Positions 17,858 to 26,463 of a stretch of 44,725 nucleotides of DNA are shown here, in pieces. The stretch is from a virus. A model generated the notes under the pieces. The model did no database searches, was not told the DNA's origin, and worked only from the letters and a program-made list of their open reading frames with translations. The position numbers were made by a program, and so were the translations under genes. The stretch covers positions 1-44,725 of the IMG/VR virus record IMGVR_UViG_3300045988_053705. One strand, given 5' to 3'. Position 1 is the stretch's first letter; each line of letters opens with the position of its first letter.

Positions 17858-18223
17858 TTACATACTCTCCTTAAATTCTGGATGGTTTGGTAAAAGTAAT
17901 ACAATAGTGTTGTCAGCACAAGTACAATCTTCATAAGGGCTCCATAACATACAATCAAAAAGATGCATAGATATTAGTTTATCTTCTTTATAAAGCCTTT
18001 TAAATTTGTTATTAGTATTCAATATGTTATGCTTAAACACTTCTTCAATCTTTTTAATAGTATGCTTAGAAGCTCTTAAATTAGCATAATGATACTTCTT
18101 ATCGCCCTTGTAGTTATCTTGAATAGCTTTAATAATACCTAAAGAAGTATACAAATCAGCATAACAAAGAATCTTTTTACCTATATCTGTAGGATTAATT
18201 GCAATAGTAATAGTGTTTTCCAA
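17858..18223 (-). CDS. Hypothetical protein
   Basis: ORF track. Confidence 0.4.
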   Translation of the reverse strand: MENTITIAINPTDIGKKILCYADLYTSLGIIKAIQDNYKGDKKYHYANLRASKHTIKKIEEVFKHNILNTNNKFKRLYKEDKLISMHLFDCMLWSPYEDCTCADNTIVLLLPNHPEFKESM

Positions 18224-18623
18224 TCTTTGTTCTCCTCTTAAACTTGTGTGTCCAATGCCCCTTAGGATAATCTTTCAGCACAGTATAATGCTTGCAAATA
18301 TCTTTTGACTTAAATAAATCATGATGATAATACACCATTGAAGCTACTCTTAAAGCTTTACGATACTCTTTATTATCTGCTGGAGATTTATAATCAGCTG
18401 TCCAAGAGAATTGATAAGGCTTATATACTTCTATGTAAGGCTCCCCTCTATTCATTACAACTACAGCAGTAGCTATCTGGTCTTCAATAGAACTATTGCG
18501 TGCTTCAAAATAGATGTTGTATGCTAGAGCTTTAATATTTTTATTGTGTTCATTAGCTTTATATCCCAAAAATAATAAAAGAAACATAAGAGCCATCTTA
18601 AATAATTTATCTATATATTTCAT
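18195..18623 (-). CDS. Secreted or membrane-anchored SleB/CwlJ-like cell wall hydrolase (Hydrolase_2-type domain)
   Basis: N-terminal signal/anchor MALMFLLLFLG, then NIYFEARNSSIEDQIATAVVVMNR, which resembles the SleB family signature (TIYGEARGE...AVA.VVLNR). Confidence 0.45.
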   Translation of the reverse strand: MKYIDKLFKMALMFLLLFLGYKANEHNKNIKALAYNIYFEARNSSIEDQIATAVVVMNRGEPYIEVYKPYQFSWTADYKSPADNKEYRKALRVASMVYYHHDLFKSKDICKHYTVLKDYPKGHWTHKFKRRTKIGKHYYYCN

Positions 18624-18813
18624 AGTGTTTATCCTTTAACAATTTAAGTAATTTCTTCTTAACTAATCTTTTAGAGTTACCTGTATCAAACACCAGCATA
18701 TTACCTGCGCTATCATCGATCCAGCCCATCCATTTATAGACCTTAATAATTTTATCAATATCCTTGTTATATGTTATAACTCCATAAGGACGATACTCTA
18801 TATCTATTGGCAT
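18607..18813 (-). CDS. Hypothetical small protein
   Basis: ORF track. Confidence 0.35.
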   Translation of the reverse strand: MPIDIEYRPYGVITYNKDIDKIIKVYKWMGWIDDSAGNMLVFDTGNSKRLVKKKLLKLLKDKHYEIYR

Positions 18814-18857
18814 ATTTCCTCCTGTTAGTTTACTTTTATAACACCTTCTGGAGAATA

Positions 18858-20669
18858 TCAGTGCGTGTCAAGCCATGTTATACCAATCTTATACTCTCCT
18901 TCTAAAGGACAGAAAGACTTAAAATGTTCTCCTGCATCTCTAATGCACTGCCTTAAAATAATGCCAACAGCTTCAGCATCTTTAGCAGCACAATCCCACT
19001 GCATCTCATCATGAACTACAGCAACTTGGAAAGCATCTAAGCCAGCTTCTTTAATTCTTTTATGTGCTTCTATCATAGCCCACTTCATACAGACAGCTTC
19101 ATAAGCTTGTAAATATGTAGACATAGCAAAGTGTGCATTCTTTAAAGGAACCTTACGTCCATCAAGACCTATGAAGTATCCTATGCTAGCTCTGTATTCA
19201 AGCTCTTGTTTAAACTTTGTCCAACCTTTACAATTCTTTTTAAGATTATCAAAGGCTTCTTTACCTTTCTTAGAGCTACCTAAAAGTCTACCTATTCTAG
19301 CTTCACCAGCTCCCATAATAATTGCAAAGGTACACGTCTTGCCCTTCTTACGTCCTGCTACCATATCCTCATTAGACTCATCGTATTCTTTATCAGCAGG
19401 ATTAAGGCCATATAAAGTACTGAAGTAATAGTGCATATCTTTATGAAGAATATTATAACGCAATGCTTCATCTTTCATATAATGGCACAGACCTCTTAAC
19501 TGAATGTTACTAGCATCGCAACCAACTAATAAGCGTCCTTCATCAACTGTGTACATCTCTCTACAAACTTTACCATAAAGACCTTTAGAAGGAATGTTAC
19601 CAGTATTAGGATTTCTATGTGCCATTCTATGAGTAGCTGTTCCAATACTTAATACATCTCCGTGAACTCTATCATTGCTATCACAAGCATCGAAGTAAGA
19701 TTGTATTAGCGTTGACCTACTCTTAAGAACTTTACATTCTTTTATAAGTTTAAATTCTTCTGGTGCTTCTTCTGTTAAAGTATCTAAGTTCTCTTCACAG
19801 ACCTTTGGTTGACCAGCAGGTGTCATAATGTAAGGCTTCCAATATCCCTTAAGTCTTTCAACAATCTCTGAAGGACTATCTATAGAAAACTCCTTCCACT
19901 CTATTGAATATCTTTTATATACATCAGGTAAACCTGTAGGCTCTACCATACCACTATCAATAATTCTTTGAGAGACGCTGTTGATAGTTCCATCTTTGTT
20001 TCTTCTAACAGCCCACAACTTAGGACTATACTTCTTAACTTCTCTAGGTGGCATAAGCTCTTTAAGCTTAGTAATGATTTCAAAGTATCTATTATCTATT
20101 TCAGCCTTAACAGATTCAGCTAAAGCTCTATTAAGTTTAAATCCTTTCCTATGCTGGAGTGCTAAGATGGCTTGAGAGTACTGCTCAATGTATATTGATT
20201 CTCTGGTGTACCCTTTTAAATCTTGTTGAAGTTGTTTATATACTGCCAGATTGACGTTAACATCTTGGACACAGTACTCTTCCATCTCTTGAGACCACTT
20301 ACTCCAGTCTTCATTATAATCTTTGTATACTCCCAGACGAAGACCCCAATCCCGTAGACTATGAGACTTCCTACTACTGTCAGCCAACCTAGATAGCACA
20401 AGAGTATCAATGATATTGTCAACAGGAATATGAACACCCCACAAAGTATGTAACCAATAAGCATCAAAGCTGATAAAATTGTGACCAATAATCTTTTGAT
20501 AGTTTTTAAAATACTCTCTAGCATTTTCAGAGTCACCTTCTCTAAATATTGTTATCTCATTTGTATCTACATCTCTACAAACACAACACCAGATATGCTT
20601 GCAGTTTTCTATACCATCTGTTTCAATATCACAAACACATCTTTTCATAACATTATCCATATTAAACAT
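18858..20669 (-). CDS. Family A DNA polymerase with 3'-5' exonuclease domain
   Basis: Exo I CDIETDG. Pol motif A-like VGCDASNIQLRGL. Motif B-like GRKKGKTCTFAIIMGAG. Motif C VVHDEMQ. Confidence 0.85.
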   Translation of the reverse strand: MFNMDNVMKRCVCDIETDGIENCKHIWCCVCRDVDTNEITIFREGDSENAREYFKNYQKIIGHNFISFDAYWLHTLWGVHIPVDNIIDTLVLSRLADSSRKSHSLRDWGLRLGVYKDYNEDWSKWSQEMEEYCVQDVNVNLAVYKQLQQDLKGYTRESIYIEQYSQAILALQHRKGFKLNRALAESVKAEIDNRYFEIITKLKELMPPREVKKYSPKLWAVRRNKDGTINSVSQRIIDSGMVEPTGLPDVYKRYSIEWKEFSIDSPSEIVERLKGYWKPYIMTPAGQPKVCEENLDTLTEEAPEEFKLIKECKVLKSRSTLIQSYFDACDSNDRVHGDVLSIGTATHRMAHRNPNTGNIPSKGLYGKVCREMYTVDEGRLLVGCDASNIQLRGLCHYMKDEALRYNILHKDMHYYFSTLYGLNPADKEYDESNEDMVAGRKKGKTCTFAIIMGAGEARIGRLLGSSKKGKEAFDNLKKNCKGWTKFKQELEYRASIGYFIGLDGRKVPLKNAHFAMSTYLQAYEAVCMKWAMIEAHKRIKEAGLDAFQVAVVHDEMQWDCAAKDAEAVGIILRQCIRDAGEHFKSFCPLEGEYKIGITWLDTH

Positions 20670-20839
20670 ATACTCTCAATAATTAGATCTATACAAAGAA
20701 GACACTCTACTCTTTCTTGGAGCTTATAAGCAGACACTGTCCACACTTTACCAGTAATTATAAATCTTATACTACCTATAGTAAACAGTAGAAATAATAA
20801 CACTATTGTAATCATCTTATCCCTCCAATAACCAGTCAA
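20645..20839 (-). CDS. Small hydrophobic protein
   Basis: ORF track, one transmembrane helix. Confidence 0.3.
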   Translation of the reverse strand: MTGYWRDKMITIVLLFLLFTIGSIRFIITGKVWTVSAYKLQERVECLLCIDLIIESICLIWIML

Positions 20840-21323
20840 TAGTTACTCGTTGTTCTCTTGCAATTCTTATTAAGTATTTAATAGGTACTGATTTAGTTCT
20901 ACCAAAGTAGGCATTACATATTGCAGCTGTAATAAGTGGGTTCTTTCTATCTACATAGGCACTTGAATAGAGCTTACGTAGATTACCAAAAGTAATTTTA
21001 GAAACTTTGTAGTGTTCTTCATCACCCCCCAGTATAGCATATTGAAAACTTATGTCAAGTCTTTTACACAATTTTGCCAGCCCTTTTAAGTTAGGAAGAA
21101 TACAAAGATATTCAAAACGCTTATACAAATCTCGTGCAGTATACCCAAGAACTATAGAAGCTCTATTTAGATTACCATAGCGATCAATAAGTATGTTCTT
21201 AAGTCTGTCGATACAGTTAAGGATTATATAATACTCTGTTTCAAAATCTAAATAGCTTGTTAAATCTCTGTATCTTTCTTTTGTGTATTTGTTTCTATCA
21301 AGCACAGAGGTAATTCCTTCCAT
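20817..21323 (-). CDS. Hypothetical protein, possibly a helix-turn-helix DNA-binding regulator
   Basis: Two HTH-like segments (GLAKLCKRLDISFQYAILG and IRIAREQRVTIDWLLEG). Weak evidence. Confidence 0.35.
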   Translation of the reverse strand: MEGITSVLDRNKYTKERYRDLTSYLDFETEYYIILNCIDRLKNILIDRYGNLNRASIVLGYTARDLYKRFEYLCILPNLKGLAKLCKRLDISFQYAILGGDEEHYKVSKITFGNLRKLYSSAYVDRKNPLITAAICNAYFGRTKSVPIKYLIRIAREQRVTIDWLLEG

Positions 21324-21535
21324 AAACTAGATTTAAATTTAAATTCAAAACTTGTGATATAAATATAAGAAGCATAAGAAAATACGCTATCATATTCTTC
21401 AAAAGCATGTATAGTTTCTTGAATACTTTTTAAGTTATATGTAATAGCACCTTTATTTATATTATAAAGTGTATTGCAAGCTTTTGCTATAGTATCATCA
21501 TCTTTATTAGGTAATTTTATAATATAAATAGGCAT
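21260..21535 (-). CDS. Hypothetical protein
   Basis: ORF track. Confidence 0.35.
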   Translation of the reverse strand: MPIYIIKLPNKDDDTIAKACNTLYNINKGAITYNLKSIQETIHAFEEYDSVFSYASYIYITSFEFKFKSSLWKELPLCLIETNTQKKDTEI

Positions 21536-21783
21536 TACAATTCTCCTAGCTCCTGCTTATTAACAAAATCATACCTAATAATATCCCCATCTTTCTTATT
21601 TTTCCCATAGAAACACCAGCAGTTATATTGCTCAACCCTTAAAGAAGGAATATTATCTTCTCCATTATACATTCCTACATAGCTTATACCCTCCTTTAAG
21701 AAGGGAAATTCACCACTGTTAATAAGCTTTTAGTATATTCTATAAATGTCTCAGGCTTATTATCAGGCAATAAAAAGTAATAG

Positions 21784-23409
21784 TTACTCATCTTCAAAAT
21801 CCTCTAATGAAGTTTCAATAAGTCTTGTAGTTTCATTATCATATACAACAGCAGATGCAGGACCCTTAACACCAAAGTCTCTATTCTTTAATACTCTAAG
21901 GACAGTTGTGTTAGCTTTAGTAGGGTTCTCATCCTGACTATTTCTTTCGAGACCTATAACAATATCTGATAACTGTTTAATGCTTGAAGAGCTTTTCAAA
22001 TCATCAAGAGATACGTGACCACCTTCTTCGTGTGTCTTTGTAGCATTAGCAGACTTACGAAGATGACAAGCAGCAAGTACAACAAGCCCTTCTTCAACAG
22101 CAATCTTCTTAAGTTCTGACATAAGTCTATTAAGTTTAGCTGTTGTGTTCTCATCACTGCCTTCTGCAACCATTGTAATATGGTCTAAGATAATAACTTT
22201 ACAATCTCTAGCCTTTGATAGATATCTAATCTTATCTATTAACAGGTCTATGTCATCAAAGTCAAAGCCATCAAACAAGTCTAATCTATTACCTTGACAA
22301 GAGTCATCAAACCATTTCTTTAAATCTTCTTGAGTCTGCGCCTTCCATATATCAGGCTTACGTAGATTCTTACCAGCTTCTAAAGACATTAAAGATATTG
22401 CTGTATCCTCTGCCACCTCTTCAAGAAAGAAAGCACCGATACGAACTGATGAAGTCTTTAATAGATGCTGAATAAAAGTCTTTAAAAACAATGACTTACC
22501 TTGGCCCGTACCTGCTGCAAATACAATAACTTGTGAAGGTCTTACACCATATATCATTTCATTAACACCATTCCAAGGTGTTGGTAGATATTGTCTAGTC
22601 TTATTAAACTCTTGAAGTCTATCCCAAAGCTCTGACATAGTTACAATATCTTTAGGTTTATATTCTTCAGCCTTCCACCAGAGATTCTTAAACTCTTCCA
22701 CCTTACCTGCCTTAAGAAATTCACTAGCATCCTTCAAGTCATCAGGCATTTTTACAATAGTTACTTTCTTCGGTGGAAGAACTGCTGCAATCTTCTGTGC
22801 ATTCTTACGTCCTGCTTCATCACCATCAAAGCATAGCACAATATGGTCGAAGCTATCTAAGTATTCATAGTTCTCTTTAATGCTTTTTACATCTGTGCAT
22901 CCACTTTTGACAGACACAACAGGATACTTACTGCCTTGCATTTGAAAGACTGACATAGCATCTAGCTCTCCCTCTGTAACAGTAATGTAAGAACCTTTGG
23001 CAGGGAATACATTTTGTCCAAAGAGTGTTGCAGGCTTAGCAGGACCTAGCCAATGGAACTGTTTACCAGATACTGTTCTCACCTTTTGAGCTACAAACTT
23101 ACCCTCTTTATTATAATAAGGATAGATGTGCTGAGCAATACCACCAGCTTTAACAATAACTTTGACACCAAACTTTTTACAAGTATCTGCTGTTAGCTTT
23201 CTATCAGGAATGCCATCAGCTGGATAAAGTCCTGCTTCAGGTTTAATATCTTTTAAAGTTTCTTCATCCATATACACAACCTCTTTAACGCTATTCTTTC
23301 TATAGGTGTTACAACTAAAGCAATAAGAAGAACCATCATCATACATTGATAAGGCATCGTGACTTCCACAGTCTTCACAAGGCTGATGCGCTCTTATTAA
23401 ATTAGCCAT
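21784..23409 (-). CDS. Bifunctional DNA primase/helicase (T7 gp4-like: zinc ribbon, TOPRIM, DnaB-like helicase)
   Basis: CEDCGSHD...CFSCN zinc ribbon. TOPRIM FDGDEAG. Walker A AAGTGQGKS. Walker B VIILDHI. Confidence 0.9.
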   Translation of the reverse strand: MANLIRAHQPCEDCGSHDALSMYDDGSSYCFSCNTYRKNSVKEVVYMDEETLKDIKPEAGLYPADGIPDRKLTADTCKKFGVKVIVKAGGIAQHIYPYYNKEGKFVAQKVRTVSGKQFHWLGPAKPATLFGQNVFPAKGSYITVTEGELDAMSVFQMQGSKYPVVSVKSGCTDVKSIKENYEYLDSFDHIVLCFDGDEAGRKNAQKIAAVLPPKKVTIVKMPDDLKDASEFLKAGKVEEFKNLWWKAEEYKPKDIVTMSELWDRLQEFNKTRQYLPTPWNGVNEMIYGVRPSQVIVFAAGTGQGKSLFLKTFIQHLLKTSSVRIGAFFLEEVAEDTAISLMSLEAGKNLRKPDIWKAQTQEDLKKWFDDSCQGNRLDLFDGFDFDDIDLLIDKIRYLSKARDCKVIILDHITMVAEGSDENTTAKLNRLMSELKKIAVEEGLVVLAACHLRKSANATKTHEEGGHVSLDDLKSSSSIKQLSDIVIGLERNSQDENPTKANTTVLRVLKNRDFGVKGPASAVVYDNETTRLIETSLEDFEDE

Positions 23410-23720
23410 TACAATTCTCCAAGCATAGTTCTATCTGTATAAAGCTGTACAAATCTCATCCTACTTAATAAAGAATGTTTACAAAGATTAATCCAGCTTA
23501 GATTTTCTTCTCTTACGCACTCATAAGATGAAGTAACTGCAGAACCATCGTCACAAACTTCAACAAAGCATACAGTAGGTTCACCATTTCTAAATTCTTC
23601 ACGAATATATCTCGACCTACGCTTTATATTATATTTCTTTCTAAGCCAAGCAGCAGCTTTAACAGCTCCTTTCTTGCCTTGTCCAAAATCTGAACAAACT
23701 ACATAATGAATTAAAGCCAT
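23409..23720 (-). CDS. Hypothetical protein ending in LGEL
   Basis: ORF track. Its stop overlaps the start of the primase gene. Confidence 0.4.
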   Translation of the reverse strand: MALIHYVVCSDFGQGKKGAVKAAAWLRKKYNIKRRSRYIREEFRNGEPTVCFVEVCDDGSAVTSSYECVREENLSWINLCKHSLLSRMRFVQLYTDRTMLGEL

Positions 23721-23894
23721 TTTAATCTACTCCTTTTAAAGCTCTGATAGCTATTGATGGCATACTGGTATAACCTACAGCTTCATCATATGCAATCTTT
23801 ATTAAAGCTTTTTTATATCTTCTATGGCTTTCATAGAACTTATACAAAAGAACTGCATCAATCAACAAAAGCATTATTAATATAATAGATGTAA

Positions 23895-24119
23895 TCATTT
23901 CACACTCCTCTCAAATAAACCACAATGACATCTTCCTTTAGTCATCAACTCTGTTCTACAAAGCTGTGACATACAATAGTGTTCAACATCATCAGGATAA
24001 CAAGGACAAGCATACTCATCAATGTTTCTTTCTTTAATCTTACAAATTCTATCAGCATTCTTTGAAAGAACTGCTCCGTTTTCTTCTGCAATTCTTTGCA
24101 TAGTATCTTTAACAGACAT
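23895..24119 (-). CDS. Small Cys-rich protein with a ferredoxin-thioredoxin reductase catalytic-subunit-like cluster
   Basis: ACPCYPDDVEHYCMSQLCRTELMTKGRCHCGLFE compared with the FTR catalytic chain pattern CPC...CPC...CHCxLF. The terminal CHCGLF matches CHCMLF. Confidence 0.35.
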   Translation of the reverse strand: MSVKDTMQRIAEENGAVLSKNADRICKIKERNIDEYACPCYPDDVEHYCMSQLCRTELMTKGRCHCGLFERSVK

Positions 24120-24370
24120 TATATTTCTCCTAATGTAATATTAAGTGGTCCTAGATAGTGTTTAAATGCACCACTATTAAAAAACTTGTTAACCTCTATG
24201 TTGTACAGATACCAGCTATAAATGAAATGGTTTTGAATAAGTAATTTATCTTTTGGTTTAGCTCCATCATAATCTGGTAAATTATTAAGCAAAAAATAAT
24301 TCATATTATCGTTAGAATATAACATACAAATACTCTTTTTGTATAGGATAGGAACATACTTATACATCAC
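24119..24370 (-). CDS. Small paralogous early protein (family with ...GAF...TLGE[IL] C-terminus)
   Basis: C-terminal SGAFKHYLGPLNITLGEI resembles the C-terminus of the 28640..28915 product. Confidence 0.4.
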   Translation of the reverse strand: MMYKYVPILYKKSICMLYSNDNMNYFLLNNLPDYDGAKPKDKLLIQNHFIYSWYLYNIEVNKFFNSGAFKHYLGPLNITLGEI

Positions 24371-24657
24371 AGCTCTCCAATTCTATAGTAATCATTTTTA
24401 AGAATAAGACTGTCATCATATAATCCATCTGTTACATTTTTAAGATCTAATGCCCAAGAATAGGAGAAACCCTTTTGTTCTCGCTGCGAACAGTAAGCTC
24501 CATTCCAACAGGCATCATTACTCAAGAAGTAAAAAGTCCTCGAGCCTTTATAAAGAACACCCTCTGTACCTTTAAAAGAACAATAGGAAAATTCTGGCAG
24601 GTTTTTTATAAACACTTTTGTAATCTTCATTATCCATTCTCCTTTAAAAATATACAA
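24367..24657 (-). CDS. Small early protein (C-terminus YYRIGEL)
   Basis: ORF track, coupled to the neighbouring genes. Confidence 0.4.
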   Translation of the reverse strand: MYIFKGEWIMKITKVFIKNLPEFSYCSFKGTEGVLYKGSRTFYFLSNDACWNGAYCSQREQKGFSYSWALDLKNVTDGLYDDSLILKNDYYRIGEL

Positions 24658-24851
24658 AGACGTTTAGAAGAACCTTCTTCAGATAATTCACCATCCTCAT
24701 AAGCACTACGAATAGCTATAGAAGATACAGGATAAGCCCATAGACTATAGCTAGTATCAACCGCACAAGAAACTTCAATGTCTTCCTTATACTTATTCAG
24801 TTCTTGTATAAGTTCTTTCACAGTCATTGTATTTCTCCTAAAGTTACACAT
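24630..24851 (-). CDS. Small early protein. The true start is probably the internal ATG near 24827, directly after a GGAGAAATACA ribosome-binding site.
   Basis: ORF track plus the ribosome-binding-site position. Confidence 0.35.
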   Translation of the reverse strand: MCNFRRNTMTVKELIQELNKYKEDIEVSCAVDTSYSLWAYPVSSIAIRSAYEDGELSEEGSSKRLCIFLKENG

Positions 24852-25099
24852 CCTAAAGTAACTAAGACAGGCTCAAGTGAAGGTTCCTCAGAAAGACATC
24901 TTTTAATATTTGCATAAGACATTTCCTCTGGTCTAAATAGTCCATCATATAGACAATAATAGCCTTCTCCTCCGCGTCCTTCAAATATATAATCATAGTA
25001 ATGTTTTCTGTCACCTTTAAAATTATCTTCAAAGAATTTTAAATACTCTTTCACAGGTATATTCTTATCTACTTTAATATACATAAATGTATTTGACAT
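24824..25099 (-). CDS. Small early protein (C-terminus TLGEIQ)
   Basis: ORF track. Confidence 0.4.
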   Translation of the reverse strand: MSNTFMYIKVDKNIPVKEYLKFFEDNFKGDRKHYYDYIFEGRGGEGYYCLYDGLFRPEEMSYANIKRCLSEEPSLEPVLVTLGCVTLGEIQ

Positions 25100-25104
25100 C
25101 GTAG

Positions 25105-25314
25105 CTATTCCTTTATAGATTTATCAATGTACTCTATAAGTTCTACATCAGACATTGAAGATGCCTTTACATATACATCATCCTCATATATATCTTTATA
25201 GATTTTGTTACAATCATTGATTGCTTTTCTACAAGAAGAACAAATACAAACAAAGGAACCATCAGGGTCTTTCCTAAAGTTGGTAGTCTCCCTATCACAT
25301 ATATAACAATGCAT
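25105..25314 (-). CDS. Small zinc-finger protein
   Basis: CYICD...CICSSCRK Cys pairs. Confidence 0.4.
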   Translation of the reverse strand: MHCYICDRETTNFRKDPDGSFVCICSSCRKAINDCNKIYKDIYEDDVYVKASSMSDVELIEYIDKSIKE

Positions 25315-25774
25315 CTAAACATTCTCCTGCAATTGGTGGTGTGCCAATAACCTCAGTATCTTTAAAAGCAGAGTAGCACTTGTCAATAAGCTTAAGAGGT
25401 TCTTTTAAATCTTCATCTTTGATACTGGCAGTACCCTCTTCATAGCCACAACAAGCAGCACCTTTAATATCTACTGTGTTATCATTGAAGTTCAACGTGA
25501 TACCTGTTACAGTCTTCTTAGGTTTCTTACGCCCTACTAAAGGGTCTAATGCAATAAGTATCGTGTCATTCTCTACAGCATATAGAGAAGCTTCAACAGT
25601 GCTTTTATAAGGTCCTACTATATTACCTTTATCATCTGATAAATATACTTTACCATATTCAAATAACTTATGCATCATAAATATCCTTCCACCAATGCTT
25701 AGGGTATACTGTTGCAGATGTAGGAGTGTAATCAGCAGGCTTAGAAGCGTAATGTACAAAGTCTCCTTTAACAA
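25295..25774 (-). CDS. Hypothetical protein with N-terminal hydrophobic segment
   Basis: ORF track. LYITLLSLLITLL. Confidence 0.4.
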   Translation of the reverse strand: MLKETLYITLLSLLITLLHLQQYTLSIGGRIFMMHKLFEYGKVYLSDDKGNIVGPYKSTVEASLYAVENDTILIALDPLVGRKKPKKTVTGITLNFNDNTVDIKGAACCGYEEGTASIKDEDLKEPLKLIDKCYSAFKDTEVIGTPPIAGECLDALLYM

Positions 25775-26459
25775 CTTTCTCTACATCATTTAAGATTTCT
25801 TTAAGTCTATTAAAATCTGTGTATTCATCTTTAGTATGTGGTCCAAAGTATGCAACAGACATATTAACAGACTCTTTATGCTTACATATTGTTTGTGTAT
25901 CAGACATACCTCCAGTAGTAACAAAGTAACCATTGTTAAAAAAGTTCTTAAGGTTATGTGCAAGAGCTTGGCAATATACTGTTGCACCACCCTTATTAAG
26001 TATGTCATAGTTTCCTTTTCTATCCAGCACAAGACAATAAGAAGCTGTTGACTCCTCTATATAAGGGTTTACTTTAGCTATTCCAAAGCCTCCGCATTCT
26101 TCACACTCTGAAATAATAAAGTCAAACTTATAACCCTTTTCAAGGAGCTTGAGAATAATCCACACACCATTCTTATCATCAGCACCTAAAGAAGTCCTTT
26201 GCCATTTGCTATTAAAGGCTGCAATATTTCCAATAGAATCTTGATAGAAATGTGCAGGCTTACCATTAGTATCTACCTGGTCTAAGTGAGCTGATAACAT
26301 AACCTTATTGTTCTTTGTAAAGCTATAGATAGTGTTACCAACCCTTTTATAAACTACCTTAAGACTGTCAAGCTTTGCACAAATCCAATCACAGATTTCT
26401 CTTTCACCATCAGTTTGACCAACTGAATAGATAGAATAAAGTTTTATTAAATCTTTCAT
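25668..26459 (-). CDS. MH-clan (M20/M28/M42-like) zinc metallopeptidase or deacylase catalytic domain
   Basis: Ordered metal-ligand motifs SAHLDQVD (H-x-D), LGADDKNG (the GxxDDKxG bridging-Asp motif of PepT/M20 and M28 enzymes) and SECEECGGFG (EE motif). Confidence 0.5.
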   Translation of the reverse strand: MKDLIKLYSIYSVGQTDGEREICDWICAKLDSLKVVYKRVGNTIYSFTKNNKVMLSAHLDQVDTNGKPAHFYQDSIGNIAAFNSKWQRTSLGADDKNGVWIILKLLEKGYKFDFIISECEECGGFGIAKVNPYIEESTASYCLVLDRKGNYDILNKGGATVYCQALAHNLKNFFNNGYFVTTGGMSDTQTICKHKESVNMSVAYFGPHTKDEYTDFNRLKEILNDVEKVVKGDFVHYASKPADYTPTSATVYPKHWWKDIYDA

Positions 26460-26463
26460 AAGC

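Noticed and set aside
20216-20536. 106-aa minus-strand ORF in a different frame inside the DNA polymerase gene
   Set aside because: It is fully nested within the polymerase coding sequence on the same strand. The polymerase frame carries the conserved motifs.
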